64,000 nt of DNA from an uncultured Acidimicrobiales bacterium (GTDB lineage: Bacteria; Actinomycetota; Acidimicrobiia; Acidimicrobiales; DATKAS01). Every line of letters starts with the position of its first letter. Position 1 is the stretch's first letter. A program made the translations under genes and the position numbers. The notes beneath the pieces are model-generated. The model saw only the letters and a program-made list of their open reading frames with translations, was not told the DNA's origin and searched no databases. The stretch covers positions 20,627-84,626 of the forward strand of contig CAWDJB010000002.1 of assembly GCA_963802505.1 (NCBI GenBank), given 5' to 3'. Of the stretch, positions 45,655 to 55,525 are shown piece after piece.

Positions 45655-46392
45655 GTGCACCACCCCCCCTTCACACTGGCGGAGAAGGCAGAGGAGGAGT
45701 TGGTGGACGCACGGAAACGACAGACATTGAAGCGGCTGATGGCCGCCATGGCGGCAGGCGACCGGAAGGCCATCTTCCAGCTGCGCTTCGTCTTCGACGC
45801 GGAGCTGCGAGGAGCGGTACGGCAGGCCGCGGCCGAGGTCGGGCGCCGGCTGCCGAGTGACGAGGTCGAGGCGGTCGCCACCGACTTCTGCACCTGGCTG
45901 GCCGAGCATGCCGGGGCGTGGCGGCCCGACGGCGCTCTGCCGTGGCGGTGGGCGTGGGCGCACCTCACCACCGAGGTGCGGCGCAACAGCGGGTTCTGGC
46001 CGCTCGCGCTGGCTGACCCCCACGAGGAGGAATCGGCCGAGGAGGTCGTCGGCGCCGTCGACGATCCGTGCCTGCTCGAGACCGTGGCCCGGCTCGCCGC
46101 CGGCGAGCCACGCGTCGCCGCGCTCTTGTCGGTGCTCGATGCCGTGAGCACGGCCCCGCACGATGTGGCGCTGCTGCTCGACCTCGCGGAGCAGCGCTCG
46201 GCCGGCGATCCGTCGCCGTCGCACACAGTCGCGCCGCGATACGGCCTGTCTCCCGACGCGGCGCGCAAGCGCGCCCAGCGGGTGCGTGACCGCGCCCACG
46301 ACTTCATCGCCGCGCACCCGGAGTACAGCGATCTCGCCGAGCTGCCGGTGCTCGCCAAGGCGAACCGCCTGCGCAAGTCACGGGCCGCCTGA
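45655..46392 (+). CDS. hypothetical protein with C-terminal sigma-70 region-4-like HTH (tentative)
   Basis: 245 aa. C-terminal VAPRYGLSPDAARKRAQRVRDRAHDFI resembles a region 4.2 HTH. Weak assignment. Confidence 0.45.
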   Translation: MHHPPFTLAEKAEEELVDARKRQTLKRLMAAMAAGDRKAIFQLRFVFDAELRGAVRQAAAEVGRRLPSDEVEAVATDFCTWLAEHAGAWRPDGALPWRWAWAHLTTEVRRNSGFWPLALADPHEEESAEEVVGAVDDPCLLETVARLAAGEPRVAALLSVLDAVSTAPHDVALLLDLAEQRSAGDPSPSHTVAPRYGLSPDAARKRAQRVRDRAHDFIAAHPEYSDLAELPVLAKANRLRKSRAA

Positions 46393-46411
46393 GCGCCTCT
46401 ACCCTGGCCGC

Positions 46412-47698
46412 GTGCCGCGTCCCGCTGTCGAGGTCGATGTCGCCGTTGTCGGCGCGGGGCCCGCGGGCAGCGCGGCGGCGATCACGCTCGCACAGGCAGG
46501 CGCGAACGTCGCACTCGTCGACAAGGCGACGTTCCCGCGTGACAAGTGCTGTGGTGACGGTCTGACGACCGGCGCGTTGCGCCTGCTCGAGCAGCTCGGC
46601 GTGTCCCCGTTGTCGTTGCCCTCGTGGCAGTCGGTCGACGCCGCCTGGGTGCGATCGCCTTCGGGACGAGTCGTCGAGCTGCCCCTGCCGAGCGGCCGCG
46701 GCGTCTACGCCGCAGTCGCTCGCCGCACCGACCTCGATGCGCTCCTTGTCGATCGCGCCCGCGACGCAGGAGCAGACGTGCACGAGGGCTCGACGCTCAC
46801 GGGCGTGCGTGCGACGGCCGACGCGATCGAGCTCGACGTCGACGAGGTGGGAACGATCAGCGCGCGGATGGCGATCGGCGCTGACGGCATGTGGTCACCC
46901 CTGCGCAAGATGCTCGGCGCCGCCGAGGCCGGCTACCTCGGCGAGTGGCATGCGTTCCGCCAGTACTTCGCCGAGGTCGGGCCCGCGGCGGCCAGTCAGC
47001 TGTGGGTGTGGTTCGAGCCCGACCTGCTGCCGGGCTACGCATGGTCGTTCCCACTCGCCGGAGGACGGGCAAACGTGGGGTTCGGCATCCCGCGAGGTGG
47101 CGCGATCTCCACCCAGGCGATGAAGCAGCTGTGGCCCGATCTTCTGGCACGGCCTCACATCCACGCCGTGCTCGGCGGGTCAGCGGTCGCCGAGGCGCCC
47201 CACAAGGCCTGGCCGATCCCCGCCCGGATCGGCTCGCTGCCCCTCACCGCGCCGCGGGCGCTCTTCGTCGGCGACGCGGCCGGCGCGACCGACCGCCTGA
47301 CGGGCGAGGGCATCGGCCAGGCGCTGCTCACCGGCGCGCTCGCAGCCGACGCGATCCTCGACCACGGACTCGCCGACCCGGGGCAGATCGCCGCGGGCTA
47401 CCGAGACGCGGTGTTGCGCAACCTCGCCGCGGATCACCACATGTCGGTCGCGCTCGGCAAGGTCCTCCAGTGGCCGACTGGCGCGCGGGCTGCGATCCGG
47501 GTCGCGGGGATGAGCGGGTGGACCAGGAAGAACTTCGGGCGATGGCTCTTCGAAGACGAGCCGAGAGGCATCGTGCTCACTCCCCGTCGCTGGCACCGCC
47601 ACTTCCTCGACCGCGACGGCGCCTTCGCCGGGGCAGACGGTCGACCCGCGCCATTCACTGCGACGACACAAGCCGGAAACTTCCCCTCCGTACTCTGA
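46412..47698 (+). CDS. geranylgeranyl reductase family FAD-dependent oxidoreductase
   Basis: GTG at 46412. VAVVGAGPAGSAAAITLAQAG Rossmann motif, KCCGDGL, and the GDAAG...GEGI motif. Confidence 0.8.
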   Translation: MPRPAVEVDVAVVGAGPAGSAAAITLAQAGANVALVDKATFPRDKCCGDGLTTGALRLLEQLGVSPLSLPSWQSVDAAWVRSPSGRVVELPLPSGRGVYAAVARRTDLDALLVDRARDAGADVHEGSTLTGVRATADAIELDVDEVGTISARMAIGADGMWSPLRKMLGAAEAGYLGEWHAFRQYFAEVGPAAASQLWVWFEPDLLPGYAWSFPLAGGRANVGFGIPRGGAISTQAMKQLWPDLLARPHIHAVLGGSAVAEAPHKAWPIPARIGSLPLTAPRALFVGDAAGATDRLTGEGIGQALLTGALAADAILDHGLADPGQIAAGYRDAVLRNLAADHHMSVALGKVLQWPTGARAAIRVAGMSGWTRKNFGRWLFEDEPRGIVLTPRRWHRHFLDRDGAFAGADGRPAPFTATTQAGNFPSVL

Positions 47699-47744
47699 GC
47701 CCAATCGAGCCACGCCGGTCGCGCGGTGTGCGTTCGCAAGTCGA

Positions 47745-47785
47745 GGCCCGTCACCTCTCTCGTCCCCCCGGGGAGGTGACGGGCC
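47745..47785 (+). terminator. 13-bp perfect-stem hairpin (GGCCCGTCACCTC / GAGGTGACGGGCC) downstream of the reductase gene
   Basis: Arms at 47745-47757 and 47773-47785, 47 nt after the stop at 47698. No U-tract. Confidence 0.5.
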
Positions 47786-47819
47786 TCGCCGCGTGACCGG
47801 CCTCCTACGATGCGGGCCC

Positions 47820-48791
47820 ATGCGCACCCGCCTCACCGACGTGCTGGAAGTCGAACACCCCGTGATGCTCGCTGGAATGGGCGGTGTCTCCTACCACCGC
47901 CTCGCGGCCGCCGTCTCGGAAGCTGGAGGGTTCGGCTGCCTCGGCGCGTCGACGATGGGTCACGAGATGATGATCGACGAGATCGCGAAGACCCGGGCGC
48001 TCACGGCGAAGCCGTTCGGGGTCGACCTCCTCACCGCGGTCGCGGGGCAGGTGGAGACGCAGGTGCAGTCGGTGATCGACGGCGGCGCTCGCGTCTTCGT
48101 CGCCGGCCTCGGCGTGCCGCGCGACGTGATCGATCTGTGCCATGCCAACAACGTCCTCGTCGCGAGCATGTGCGGCAAGGTGCGCCACGCCACGGCAGCG
48201 GTCGAGGCGGGATGCGACATCGTCGTCGCGCAGGGCACGGAAGCGGGCGGTCACACCGGGCAGGTCGCGACGATGGCGCTCGTTCCCCAAGTCGTCGATG
48301 CCGTAGGCGATCGCGTGCCCGTCGTCGCGGCGGGTGGTCTGTTCGACGGTCGCGGGCTCGCCGCGTCACTCGCGCTCGGCGCGGACGGCGTCTGGGTCGG
48401 CACGCGATTCATCGCGACACCCGAAGCCCGCGCGGTGCCCGGCTACAAGGACGTGCTCATCGGGCTTGCCGAGGACGGCACGGTCGTCTCACGCTCGTAC
48501 ACCGGCAAGACGTGCCGCGTCGTTCGCAACGAGTGGACACAGCACTTCGAGGAGCACCCGGAGGAGCTCAAGCCGTTCCCGCAGCAGATGCTCGCGTCGA
48601 CCCAAGCCGGCGTGAGCCACCTCGGCGGCGACGAGCAGACGACGGTCGACCGCGACCGCGAGTTCTTCCCGTGCGGCCAGGGTGTCGGTGCGATCCACGA
48701 GCTCCGTCCCGCCGCCGAGCTCGTGCAGGAGTTCGTCGCCGAGGCCGAGAAGGTGATCGACCGGTTGAGCGCCGTCCGCGCCGCCCGCTGA
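47820..48791 (+). CDS. nitronate monooxygenase (NMO / 2-nitropropane dioxygenase) family protein
   Basis: ATG at 47820. HPVMLAGMGGVS, VAQGTEAGGHTG, AAGG..DGRG. Confidence 0.85.
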   Translation: MRTRLTDVLEVEHPVMLAGMGGVSYHRLAAAVSEAGGFGCLGASTMGHEMMIDEIAKTRALTAKPFGVDLLTAVAGQVETQVQSVIDGGARVFVAGLGVPRDVIDLCHANNVLVASMCGKVRHATAAVEAGCDIVVAQGTEAGGHTGQVATMALVPQVVDAVGDRVPVVAAGGLFDGRGLAASLALGADGVWVGTRFIATPEARAVPGYKDVLIGLAEDGTVVSRSYTGKTCRVVRNEWTQHFEEHPEELKPFPQQMLASTQAGVSHLGGDEQTTVDRDREFFPCGQGVGAIHELRPAAELVQEFVAEAEKVIDRLSAVRAAR

Positions 48792-48794
48792 GAG

Positions 48795-49964
48795 CTACAG
48801 GCTCGCCTTCACCGCGTCGATGAGACCGGCAGGGCGCGGATCGCCCGCGAGGTTCATCTGCATCTGGTTCATCACGTAGCCGAACGAGACACCGCTGTCG
48901 GCGTCGCCGAAGCCGACTGAGCCGCCGGCACCCGCGTGGCCGAACGACGACGAGCCGAGCATCGGCGTCATGATCCCGGGCGTCATGAAGCCGAGGCCGA
49001 ACGTCGACTCGAGCATGAGCACCTGGTCGGCCCCGCTCGTCTGCGTCTCGCTCACCTTGGCGACGGTCTCGGGGGTCAGCAGGCGGATGCCGTCGACCTC
49101 GGACACGCACGCGGCGTACATGCGAGAGAGCGACGCCGCGTTCGTGATGCCGTTCGCAGCGGGGATCTCGGCCGCGTGCATCGCAGGCGTGTTGAAGATC
49201 ATCTCGCCAGCGGACGCACCCAGAGCACCGCCGAGCGAGAGCGCGCGGCCCGCCAGGCTGTCGGGGCCCATGAACTGCGCCATGATCGCCTCCATCTCGG
49301 GCGGCGGCGGTGGTGACGGCACGAGCGGCGCGACGCGCGACTCTTGCGACGCCGGCAGCCCGATCCAGAAGTCGAGGCCCAGCGGCTTCGCGACCTCGTC
49401 GGCGAAGAACGTGCCGAGGCTCTTGCCGCTGATGCGGCGCACGAGCTCGCCCGCGAGGTGGCCATACGTGACCGCGTGGTACCCGTGCTTCGTGCCGGGC
49501 TCCCACACGGGCGCCTGCGCGGCGAGCGCCTCGATGACCGGCGTCCACGCGAAGACCTCGTCGACCGTGAGCGTGCGGTCGATCACCGGGAGACCGGCGC
49601 GGTGCGACATGAGCACGCGCACGGGGATCTCACCCTTTCCCTCGGCGGCGAACTCGGGCCAGTAGTCGGCGACCTTCGCGTCGTAGTCGATCTCGCCCCG
49701 CTGCGCGAGCAGCGCGACGCACACCGCCGTGGCGCCTTTCGTGGTCGAGAAGACGAGCTGGAGCGTGCGGTCGTCGTAGGCCCGACCGGTCGCCGGATCG
49801 GCGACGCCGCCCCAGAGGTCGACCACCTTCTTGCCGTTGACGTGCACGGCGACGCCGGCGCCGAGCTCGCCGTGCTCGGTGAAGTTGCGGACGAACGCGT
49901 CGCGCACGGCTTCGAAGCCGGGCTCGACCGTGCCGCCGATGGTGGGAGCAGCGACGTCGGTCAT
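48795..49964 (-). CDS. serine hydrolase, class C beta-lactamase / esterase family
   Basis: 389 aa. SxxK motif FSTTKGATAV, a YHA motif region, and an HAGAGGS box. Confidence 0.85.
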   Translation of the reverse strand: MTDVAAPTIGGTVEPGFEAVRDAFVRNFTEHGELGAGVAVHVNGKKVVDLWGGVADPATGRAYDDRTLQLVFSTTKGATAVCVALLAQRGEIDYDAKVADYWPEFAAEGKGEIPVRVLMSHRAGLPVIDRTLTVDEVFAWTPVIEALAAQAPVWEPGTKHGYHAVTYGHLAGELVRRISGKSLGTFFADEVAKPLGLDFWIGLPASQESRVAPLVPSPPPPPEMEAIMAQFMGPDSLAGRALSLGGALGASAGEMIFNTPAMHAAEIPAANGITNAASLSRMYAACVSEVDGIRLLTPETVAKVSETQTSGADQVLMLESTFGLGFMTPGIMTPMLGSSSFGHAGAGGSVGFGDADSGVSFGYVMNQMQMNLAGDPRPAGLIDAVKASL

Positions 49965-51004
49965 GCCGCGTCGACGATCTCGCGCAGCTGATCGATCGTC
50001 TTGACCGGATCAGACCCGACGGGGTTCACGTTGAGCACGGTGACTCCTGCCTCCTTGTAGGCCGCGACCCGCTCGGCGATGTACGACGCGGGACCGACGA
50101 GCGACGTCTTCTCCAACCACTCCTCCGGCACCTTGGCCGCGGCTTCGTCCTTCTTGCCGTCGAGGTACAGGTCCTGGATCTCCTTCGCGGCTTGCTCGAA
50201 GCCGTACCGCACCGCGAGGTCGTTGTAGAAGTTCTTGCCGCGAGCGCCCATGCCTCCGACGTACAGCGCCGTGCCCGGGCGACCCATGTCGCGGATCTTC
50301 TCGACGGGGAGGTCGTCGCCGATCGCGAGCATGCCGCCGGCCGAGATGTCGAGAGGCGGGAGGTCAGCCGAACGCTTCGCGAGGCCACGCTTGAGATCGT
50401 CGCCCCAGACCTTCTGCGCCCGCTCGGGGATGAACATGATCGGCAGCCAACCGTCGGCCACCTCGGCGGTCGCGGCAACCGCGTTGCCCATGAGCGACGC
50501 CCACCAGATCGGGATGGCGTCGCGCACCGGACGGTTGATGAGCTTCAGCGGCTTGCCGAGGCCGGTTCCTTCGCCTTCGGGCAAGGGGATGTCGATCGTC
50601 TGCCCGTGGAAGTCGATCACCTCGCGGCGGACGACCCGCCTCACGACCTCGATCGTCTCCTTGATGCGCATCAGCGGCTTTTCGTAGGGCACGCCGTGGA
50701 AGCCCTCGACCACCTGCGGGCCCGACGCCCCGAGACCGAGGATGCACCGCCCGTCGCTCACGAAGTCGATGCCGGCCGCGGTCATGCCGAGGAGCGTCGG
50801 TGTGCGGGAGAACACGTTGACGATGCCCGAGCCGATCTGCACTCGCTCCGTGATCGCGGCGAGGTAGCCCATCTGGCTGATCGCGTCGAACGTGTACGCC
50901 TCGGCCACCCACACCACGTCGAGGCCGGCCTTCTCGAGGTCGACGACTTGCTTGGCCGCCTCTTTGAATCCGCCCGCGTAGCTGAGCTGCATGCTGAGCT
51001 TCAT
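49961..51004 (-). CDS. LLM-class F420-dependent oxidoreductase
   Basis: 347 aa. VWVAEAY, RTPTLLGMTAAGIDFVSDGRCILGLGASG. ATGA-type overlap with the downstream hydrolase. Confidence 0.85.
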   Translation of the reverse strand: MKLSMQLSYAGGFKEAAKQVVDLEKAGLDVVWVAEAYTFDAISQMGYLAAITERVQIGSGIVNVFSRTPTLLGMTAAGIDFVSDGRCILGLGASGPQVVEGFHGVPYEKPLMRIKETIEVVRRVVRREVIDFHGQTIDIPLPEGEGTGLGKPLKLINRPVRDAIPIWWASLMGNAVAATAEVADGWLPIMFIPERAQKVWGDDLKRGLAKRSADLPPLDISAGGMLAIGDDLPVEKIRDMGRPGTALYVGGMGARGKNFYNDLAVRYGFEQAAKEIQDLYLDGKKDEAAAKVPEEWLEKTSLVGPASYIAERVAAYKEAGVTVLNVNPVGSDPVKTIDQLREIVDAA

Positions 51005-51073
51005 GGCTCCCCCTGGCTGGTCGATTTGCGGCGAGGCTATCCGCGACCGCGATCCCGAAGGAAAGGACCCACG

Positions 51074-52145
51074 ATGGCGCTGCGTGTCGCGTTGGTTGGC
51101 GGCCCGATGTACGACGGCTTGTACTCATTGCTGCCCGAGGGCACCGAGGTCGTCGTACACGCGGACCATCCGACCTTGAACCGCGCGGTCGCCGACCTCC
51201 TCGCCGAAGGCACTCGCATCGACCTCTTGTCGACCCACTCCAAGTACGCGCCGTCGCAGGCACCGTGGTTGCAGCCGCTCGATCCCACGCTCGCCGATGG
51301 AATGGCGAATCGGGCGGTCGACCTGTGCACGTTCGAAGGCGCCCTGCTGTGCGTCCCTCGCAACATCGACGTACGAGTGATGTGGGTGCGCCGCGACCTC
51401 GTCGATCGGGCGCCCGCGACGTGGGCGGAGCTGCTCGCGAGCGACGCGGTGTTCGGCTTCACCGGGCGGGAGTCCGGCCTGTTCGGCACGTTCTTCGAGT
51501 ACGTGGCGGCCCACGGGGGTGACGTCTTCGACGCTGCGCTGAAGCCGACGCTCGCGACTCCGCTCGGCGAGGAAGCCGTCGACGCGCTGTGTCGTCTCGC
51601 CGGCCGTGCGCCTGGCCGACCTCCCGTCGTGGCACTACGACCAGGTCGATGCCGCCCTCGCGCGCGGCGACGTCGCGATGGCAGCGACATGGCCCGGCGG
51701 GTACGGCCCGCTGCGGTCGGCGGAGGTGTACGACCGCCTCGACCCGCACCCTTACCTCGCAGGTCCGGTGGGACTGCGCTCGTACTCGGGGTGCCACGGG
51801 TGGGCGATCCCGCGGACGTGCGGTGACGTCGCCGGTGCGACGGCGCTGATCGAGGAGCTGTCGACCTTCGACGCTCATGCGCTCGATGCCGAGAGCGGCA
51901 CCGTGTGCGCCCGGGTCGACGCGTTCGCCGCGGTGCAACCAGTCGACGACACCGACGCGCGACGGCTCGAGATCACCCGGGCCACCGTCGAGGACGGGAT
52001 GACCACCTATCCGCCCCTGCCCCGCTTCCCGGAGATCGAGGACGCCGCCTGGACATCGATCAACGCCGCGCTTCGCGGCAAGATCACACCGAAGGACGCG
52101 GTCGATCGCATGCAAGCCACCGCCGAGGCAGCGCTGCACGACTGA
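51074..52145 (+). pseudogene. extracellular-solute-binding-protein-fold gene (no signal peptide) with one +1 frame break
   Basis: Frame 1 gives MALRVALVGGPMYDGLYSLL...GEEAVDALCRLAGR(A). Frame 2 gives (R)LADLPSWHYDQVDAALARGDVAMAATWPGGYG...AVDRMQATAEAALHD*. Break near 51600-51612. Length is 1072 nt, which is 3n+1. Confidence 0.65.
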
Positions 52146-52186
52146 CGGGGCGGCGCAGTGCTCGCCCACGACTAACGTCGGCGCTC

Positions 52187-52438
52187 GTGCCCAGCTGGAC
52201 GCCTCACAAGCTCGCTAACCCGTTGACCGGTCAGATCACGCTGAAGGTCGGGGCCAAGGTCGAGGCGATCGCCGATCTCCCCGATGTCCCGATCGGGACG
52301 AAGGGCAAGGTCATGTTGGTCAACGGCTTCCAGCGGTTCCGCTACTGGGTGCACTTCGAGAACGGCGTCGACATCGGCCAGCTCGACGGTTCACAGATCG
52401 CCCCGCTCACGAAGAAGGCGCAGCCGAAGGAGAGCTGA
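52187..52438 (+). CDS. small hypothetical protein (83 aa)
   Basis: GTG at 52187 within track ORF 51905..52438. The C-terminal 80 aa have normal composition (KVGAKVEAIADLPDVPIGTKGKVMLVNGF..YWVHFENG). Start uncertain. Confidence 0.4.
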   Translation: MPSWTPHKLANPLTGQITLKVGAKVEAIADLPDVPIGTKGKVMLVNGFQRFRYWVHFENGVDIGQLDGSQIAPLTKKAQPKES

Positions 52439-53633
52439 CGTCCGCGTCCGCGGGCGGCTCTGGTTCACCCGGCTCTGAGTCCGTCTTCTCGAGCTGCTCA
52501 GCACGCGCCACCGCGGCGAAGCCGACCGCCACGAACGCGGCGACCAAGAGGAACGACCACCAATGGAGGCCGACGATCCAGAGCGCCCCCAACGCGAGCG
52601 CGCCGATCACGATCCGCGCGGCGGTGGCGTGGCCGCGCAGGTCCATGCCGCCGGGCCGAGCCATGTACCCGATGAGCGCGGCCAGGATCCCGATGACGAA
52701 CAGCGCGATGTTCACGTTGCCGAGGCTGTGCGTGAACGACGAGATGACGCTCTCCGCGGCGGCTCTCGACTCGGCGTCGGTGAGCAGCTTGGGTATGCGC
52801 TCCACAAGCCGACGTTCGGCGATCTGAGCGAGCACCACCGCTGTCGCAACGCCGATGCCGAGCATGATCGCCGTGCGCCGTCGGTCGTAGGCCACGACCA
52901 TCGTCACGACCACCAGCAACAGCGCAACCAAGACCAGCAGCACGACCAGACGCTTGATCTGCTTCGCGATCTTCTGGGCGAGCGACACGTACGTCTCGGC
53001 ATCGGCGACTTTGTCGTTCTGGTAGACGGTGATCTGACCGAACGTCGGTTTCAAGTCAACGCCGAGCGCGTCACTCAGCGCGCTGATCTGCTCCTGAGGC
53101 GTCTGTGAGTCGTCGAGCGCAGGAAGCTTCTTGTCGGTCAGCACCCCTCGCTCCTGCACGCGCGCGAGCACCGCGTTTACCGCGGGGACGAGATTCAGCA
53201 CCACGGCCCCGTTTTCGATGTTGACCGAGTTTCCGGGGTTCTCGCCATCGAGCACCCGCATCGCGGCGCGGTGGGATCGGCTCACGGCGCGCACCATGAT
53301 CTGCTGGCCGGTGTCGGATGCGAGGAAGCTGTCGACCTGCTCCTCGACGAAGCTTCGGAGCGCGCCTCGGATCACAGGTATCAGCGGTTGGAGCTGTGAC
53401 GGGACGTTGTCGGCGACGACGCCCGTGCTCTGTGCCGCGTCAAACGCCGAGTCGGTGAGCCTGGTAGCGAGCGCGCCCGTCACGGCGGGGTCGTCGAGGG
53501 CGGACGCGACGACCTTTGTGAAGCGGTCCGTGTCGAAGATCGTCCGCTTCCCCCATACGGCGATCGAGGCCACGAGCACGAGAAGGCTCGTGATGACCAC
53601 CAGCACGATGGTGCCGATCTTTCTCCAGGGCAT
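52407..53633 (-). CDS. integral membrane protein of unknown function
   Basis: 408 aa with an N-terminal TM helix, a ~200-aa extracytoplasmic region, then 4-5 TM helices and an acidic tail. Confidence 0.6.
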   Translation of the reverse strand: MPWRKIGTIVLVVITSLLVLVASIAVWGKRTIFDTDRFTKVVASALDDPAVTGALATRLTDSAFDAAQSTGVVADNVPSQLQPLIPVIRGALRSFVEEQVDSFLASDTGQQIMVRAVSRSHRAAMRVLDGENPGNSVNIENGAVVLNLVPAVNAVLARVQERGVLTDKKLPALDDSQTPQEQISALSDALGVDLKPTFGQITVYQNDKVADAETYVSLAQKIAKQIKRLVVLLVLVALLLVVVTMVVAYDRRRTAIMLGIGVATAVVLAQIAERRLVERIPKLLTDAESRAAAESVISSFTHSLGNVNIALFVIGILAALIGYMARPGGMDLRGHATAARIVIGALALGALWIVGLHWWSFLLVAAFVAVGFAAVARAEQLEKTDSEPGEPEPPADADVSSPSAAPSS

Positions 53634-53689
53634 CGGTGCGACCTCTCAGATCAGTGCCGTCACCGGCCGGCGGTGACCCGCCCTTGTTC

Positions 53690-54052
53690 TCAGCCGCCGA
53701 GGAGCTTTGCCTTGGCAGCGGCGAACTCCTCGTCGCTGAGCACGCCCTGCTCCTTGAGGGTGGCGAGCTGCTGAAGCTGCGCGGTGAGGTCGTTCGCGGG
53801 CGCAGCGGCGGGAGGAGGCGGGGGTGCGGCGGCAGCCTGCGCTGCGGCTTGCTCGGCGGCGGCCTGCTGGGCCATCGCCTGCATCTGCGCTTGTTGCTGC
53901 TCCTGCTGATACGCGGCGGCATCCGCGGCCTGCTGCTGCTTGCCCGCCGAGTGGCGTGACATGCCACCGACGACTGCGGTCGCAGTGCCCGCCACCACAG
54001 CAGTGCGGGCCACGGTCCCCACGACCCCTCGGCGACCCATTCGTCTCATCAT
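53690..54052 (-). CDS. SHOCT domain-containing protein
   Basis: ATGATG at 54052. An N-terminal Gly/Ala membrane-like segment, a Gln/Ala-rich region, a poly-Pro stretch, then LQQLATLKEQGVLSDEEFAAAKAKLLG (SHOCT). Confidence 0.7.
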   Translation of the reverse strand: MMRRMGRRGVVGTVARTAVVAGTATAVVGGMSRHSAGKQQQAADAAAYQQEQQQAQMQAMAQQAAAEQAAAQAAAAPPPPPAAAPANDLTAQLQQLATLKEQGVLSDEEFAAAKAKLLGG

Positions 54053-54081
54053 CTCTGTCGTCCTCTCGCTTGAATGAAGGC

Positions 54082-54516
54082 TCAGTCGCCCGACTCGAGG
54101 GCGGCGACAACCAGGTCGTAAGGGATTCGCTCGTACAGGATGAGCTCCCCGTCGGCATTGCGGACCGCCTGGGCGAAGGGGCCCGCCCACACGTCCTCCC
54201 AGATGAGCATCGCGGCCGCGTCACCGGGCTCGAGCGCATCGGCGATGGCGTCGACGTCCTCATGGGTGAGCAAGCCCGACGGTTCGTCTGTGATGCCGGC
54301 CCATGGGCTCCGCTGCTCGTCATCGAGATCTTGGAGCTCGACGACCGCGACGTCACCTTGCTCGTCCTTGATCGCGAAGACGAGATCGATGACTCGGATG
54401 ATGCCCTTGTCGACCAGGTCCGCCAGGGCGGGTGCGATCGCGCCCTTGAAGTTGCTTCCGGGGAATCCGAAGACCGCGCACTGCACAGGTCCGATCGGCT
54501 TCGAGGTGCTTCCCAT
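54082..54516 (-). CDS. DUF6325-like small acidic protein
   Basis: 144 aa. The family name is from memory of proteins that commonly precede SHOCT genes, so it is tentative. Confidence 0.55.
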   Translation of the reverse strand: MGSTSKPIGPVQCAVFGFPGSNFKGAIAPALADLVDKGIIRVIDLVFAIKDEQGDVAVVELQDLDDEQRSPWAGITDEPSGLLTHEDVDAIADALEPGDAAAMLIWEDVWAGPFAQAVRNADGELILYERIPYDLVVAALESGD

Positions 54517-54583
54517 GCGGCACTCCTGGGTCGGGGGGTGAGAAGCGGAACTTACCGCGCGGAGGTCAGGTCCGCTTCCCCCT

Positions 54584-55525
54584 CTACGGATGAATCACGC
54601 AGCGAAACCCGATGTGAGCGGTGCTGGTGTCGATGGTCTCGCCCTGGCGAGCCGCGGGGCGATAACGGAGGCAGTAGCTCGGCGCGCACAGGTGCGAGCC
54701 ACCCTTGATCACCCGCCGGGCCTGGTGCGCGCCGCTCTCGCCGGCCGCGAAGCTCGCCTCGGGCGACGTCACGCGCGGGTTGCGCGGGACACAACACGCC
54801 TTTTCAGCGTCACTCGTGTGTTGCGGCGTGAACCAGTCCACCGTCCACTCCCATACGTTGCCGACCACGTCGTAGAGGCCGAAGCCATTCGGCGGGTAGT
54901 GCTTCACCGGCGACGTTCCGGCGTAACCGTCGAGCAGCGAGTTCCGCCACGGAAACTCGCCTTGCCACGTGTTCGCCATCTGCCTGCCGTTCGGAGTCGG
55001 GTCGTCGCCCCACGGATAGGTGGCGCCGTCGAGCCCTCCCCGAGCCGCGCGCTCCCACTCGGCCTCGGTGGGCAGCTCCTTGCCCGCCCATGCGGCGAAT
55101 GCCTCGGCATCGGCATGAGTCACATGCACGACCGGATGTCGGTCGCGTCCGTTCAAGTTGCTGCCGGGTCCTTCCGGGTGACGCCAATCCGCGCCCGGCA
55201 CCCACTCCCACCATCGCGTCCAGTCGTCGAGCGGGACCGGCCCGCCCGGATTCACGAACACGAGTGACCCGGGCACCAGCAGGTCGGGGTCGGCGTCGGG
55301 ATAGTCGGCAGCGTTCGGCGTCTTCTCGGCGTCGGTCACGTGGTCCGTCGCCTTCACGAAGCGACGGAACTCGGCAACCGTCACGGGGTGATCGTCCATC
55401 CAGAACTCGTCGACCTCGACCCGATGCACCGGTGACTCTTCGGGATAGAAGCGGTCGGAGCCCATTCGGAACTCGCCGCTCGGGATGTGCACCATTCCTT
55501 TGAGCCGCGTGTCGATCGGGCTCAC
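54584..55525 (-). CDS. formylglycine-generating enzyme (SUMF1/FGE) family protein
   Basis: The GTG at 55525 overlaps the upstream stop (GTGA). MVHIPSGEFRMGSD...HPV.HV...DA.AFA.WAGK.LPTEAEWE.AARGG...YPWG...GNVWEW...RVIKGGSHLCAPSYCLRYRPAAR. Confidence 0.85.
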   Translation of the reverse strand: MSPIDTRLKGMVHIPSGEFRMGSDRFYPEESPVHRVEVDEFWMDDHPVTVAEFRRFVKATDHVTDAEKTPNAADYPDADPDLLVPGSLVFVNPGGPVPLDDWTRWWEWVPGADWRHPEGPGSNLNGRDRHPVVHVTHADAEAFAAWAGKELPTEAEWERAARGGLDGATYPWGDDPTPNGRQMANTWQGEFPWRNSLLDGYAGTSPVKHYPPNGFGLYDVVGNVWEWTVDWFTPQHTSDAEKACCVPRNPRVTSPEASFAAGESGAHQARRVIKGGSHLCAPSYCLRYRPAARQGETIDTSTAHIGFRCVIHP

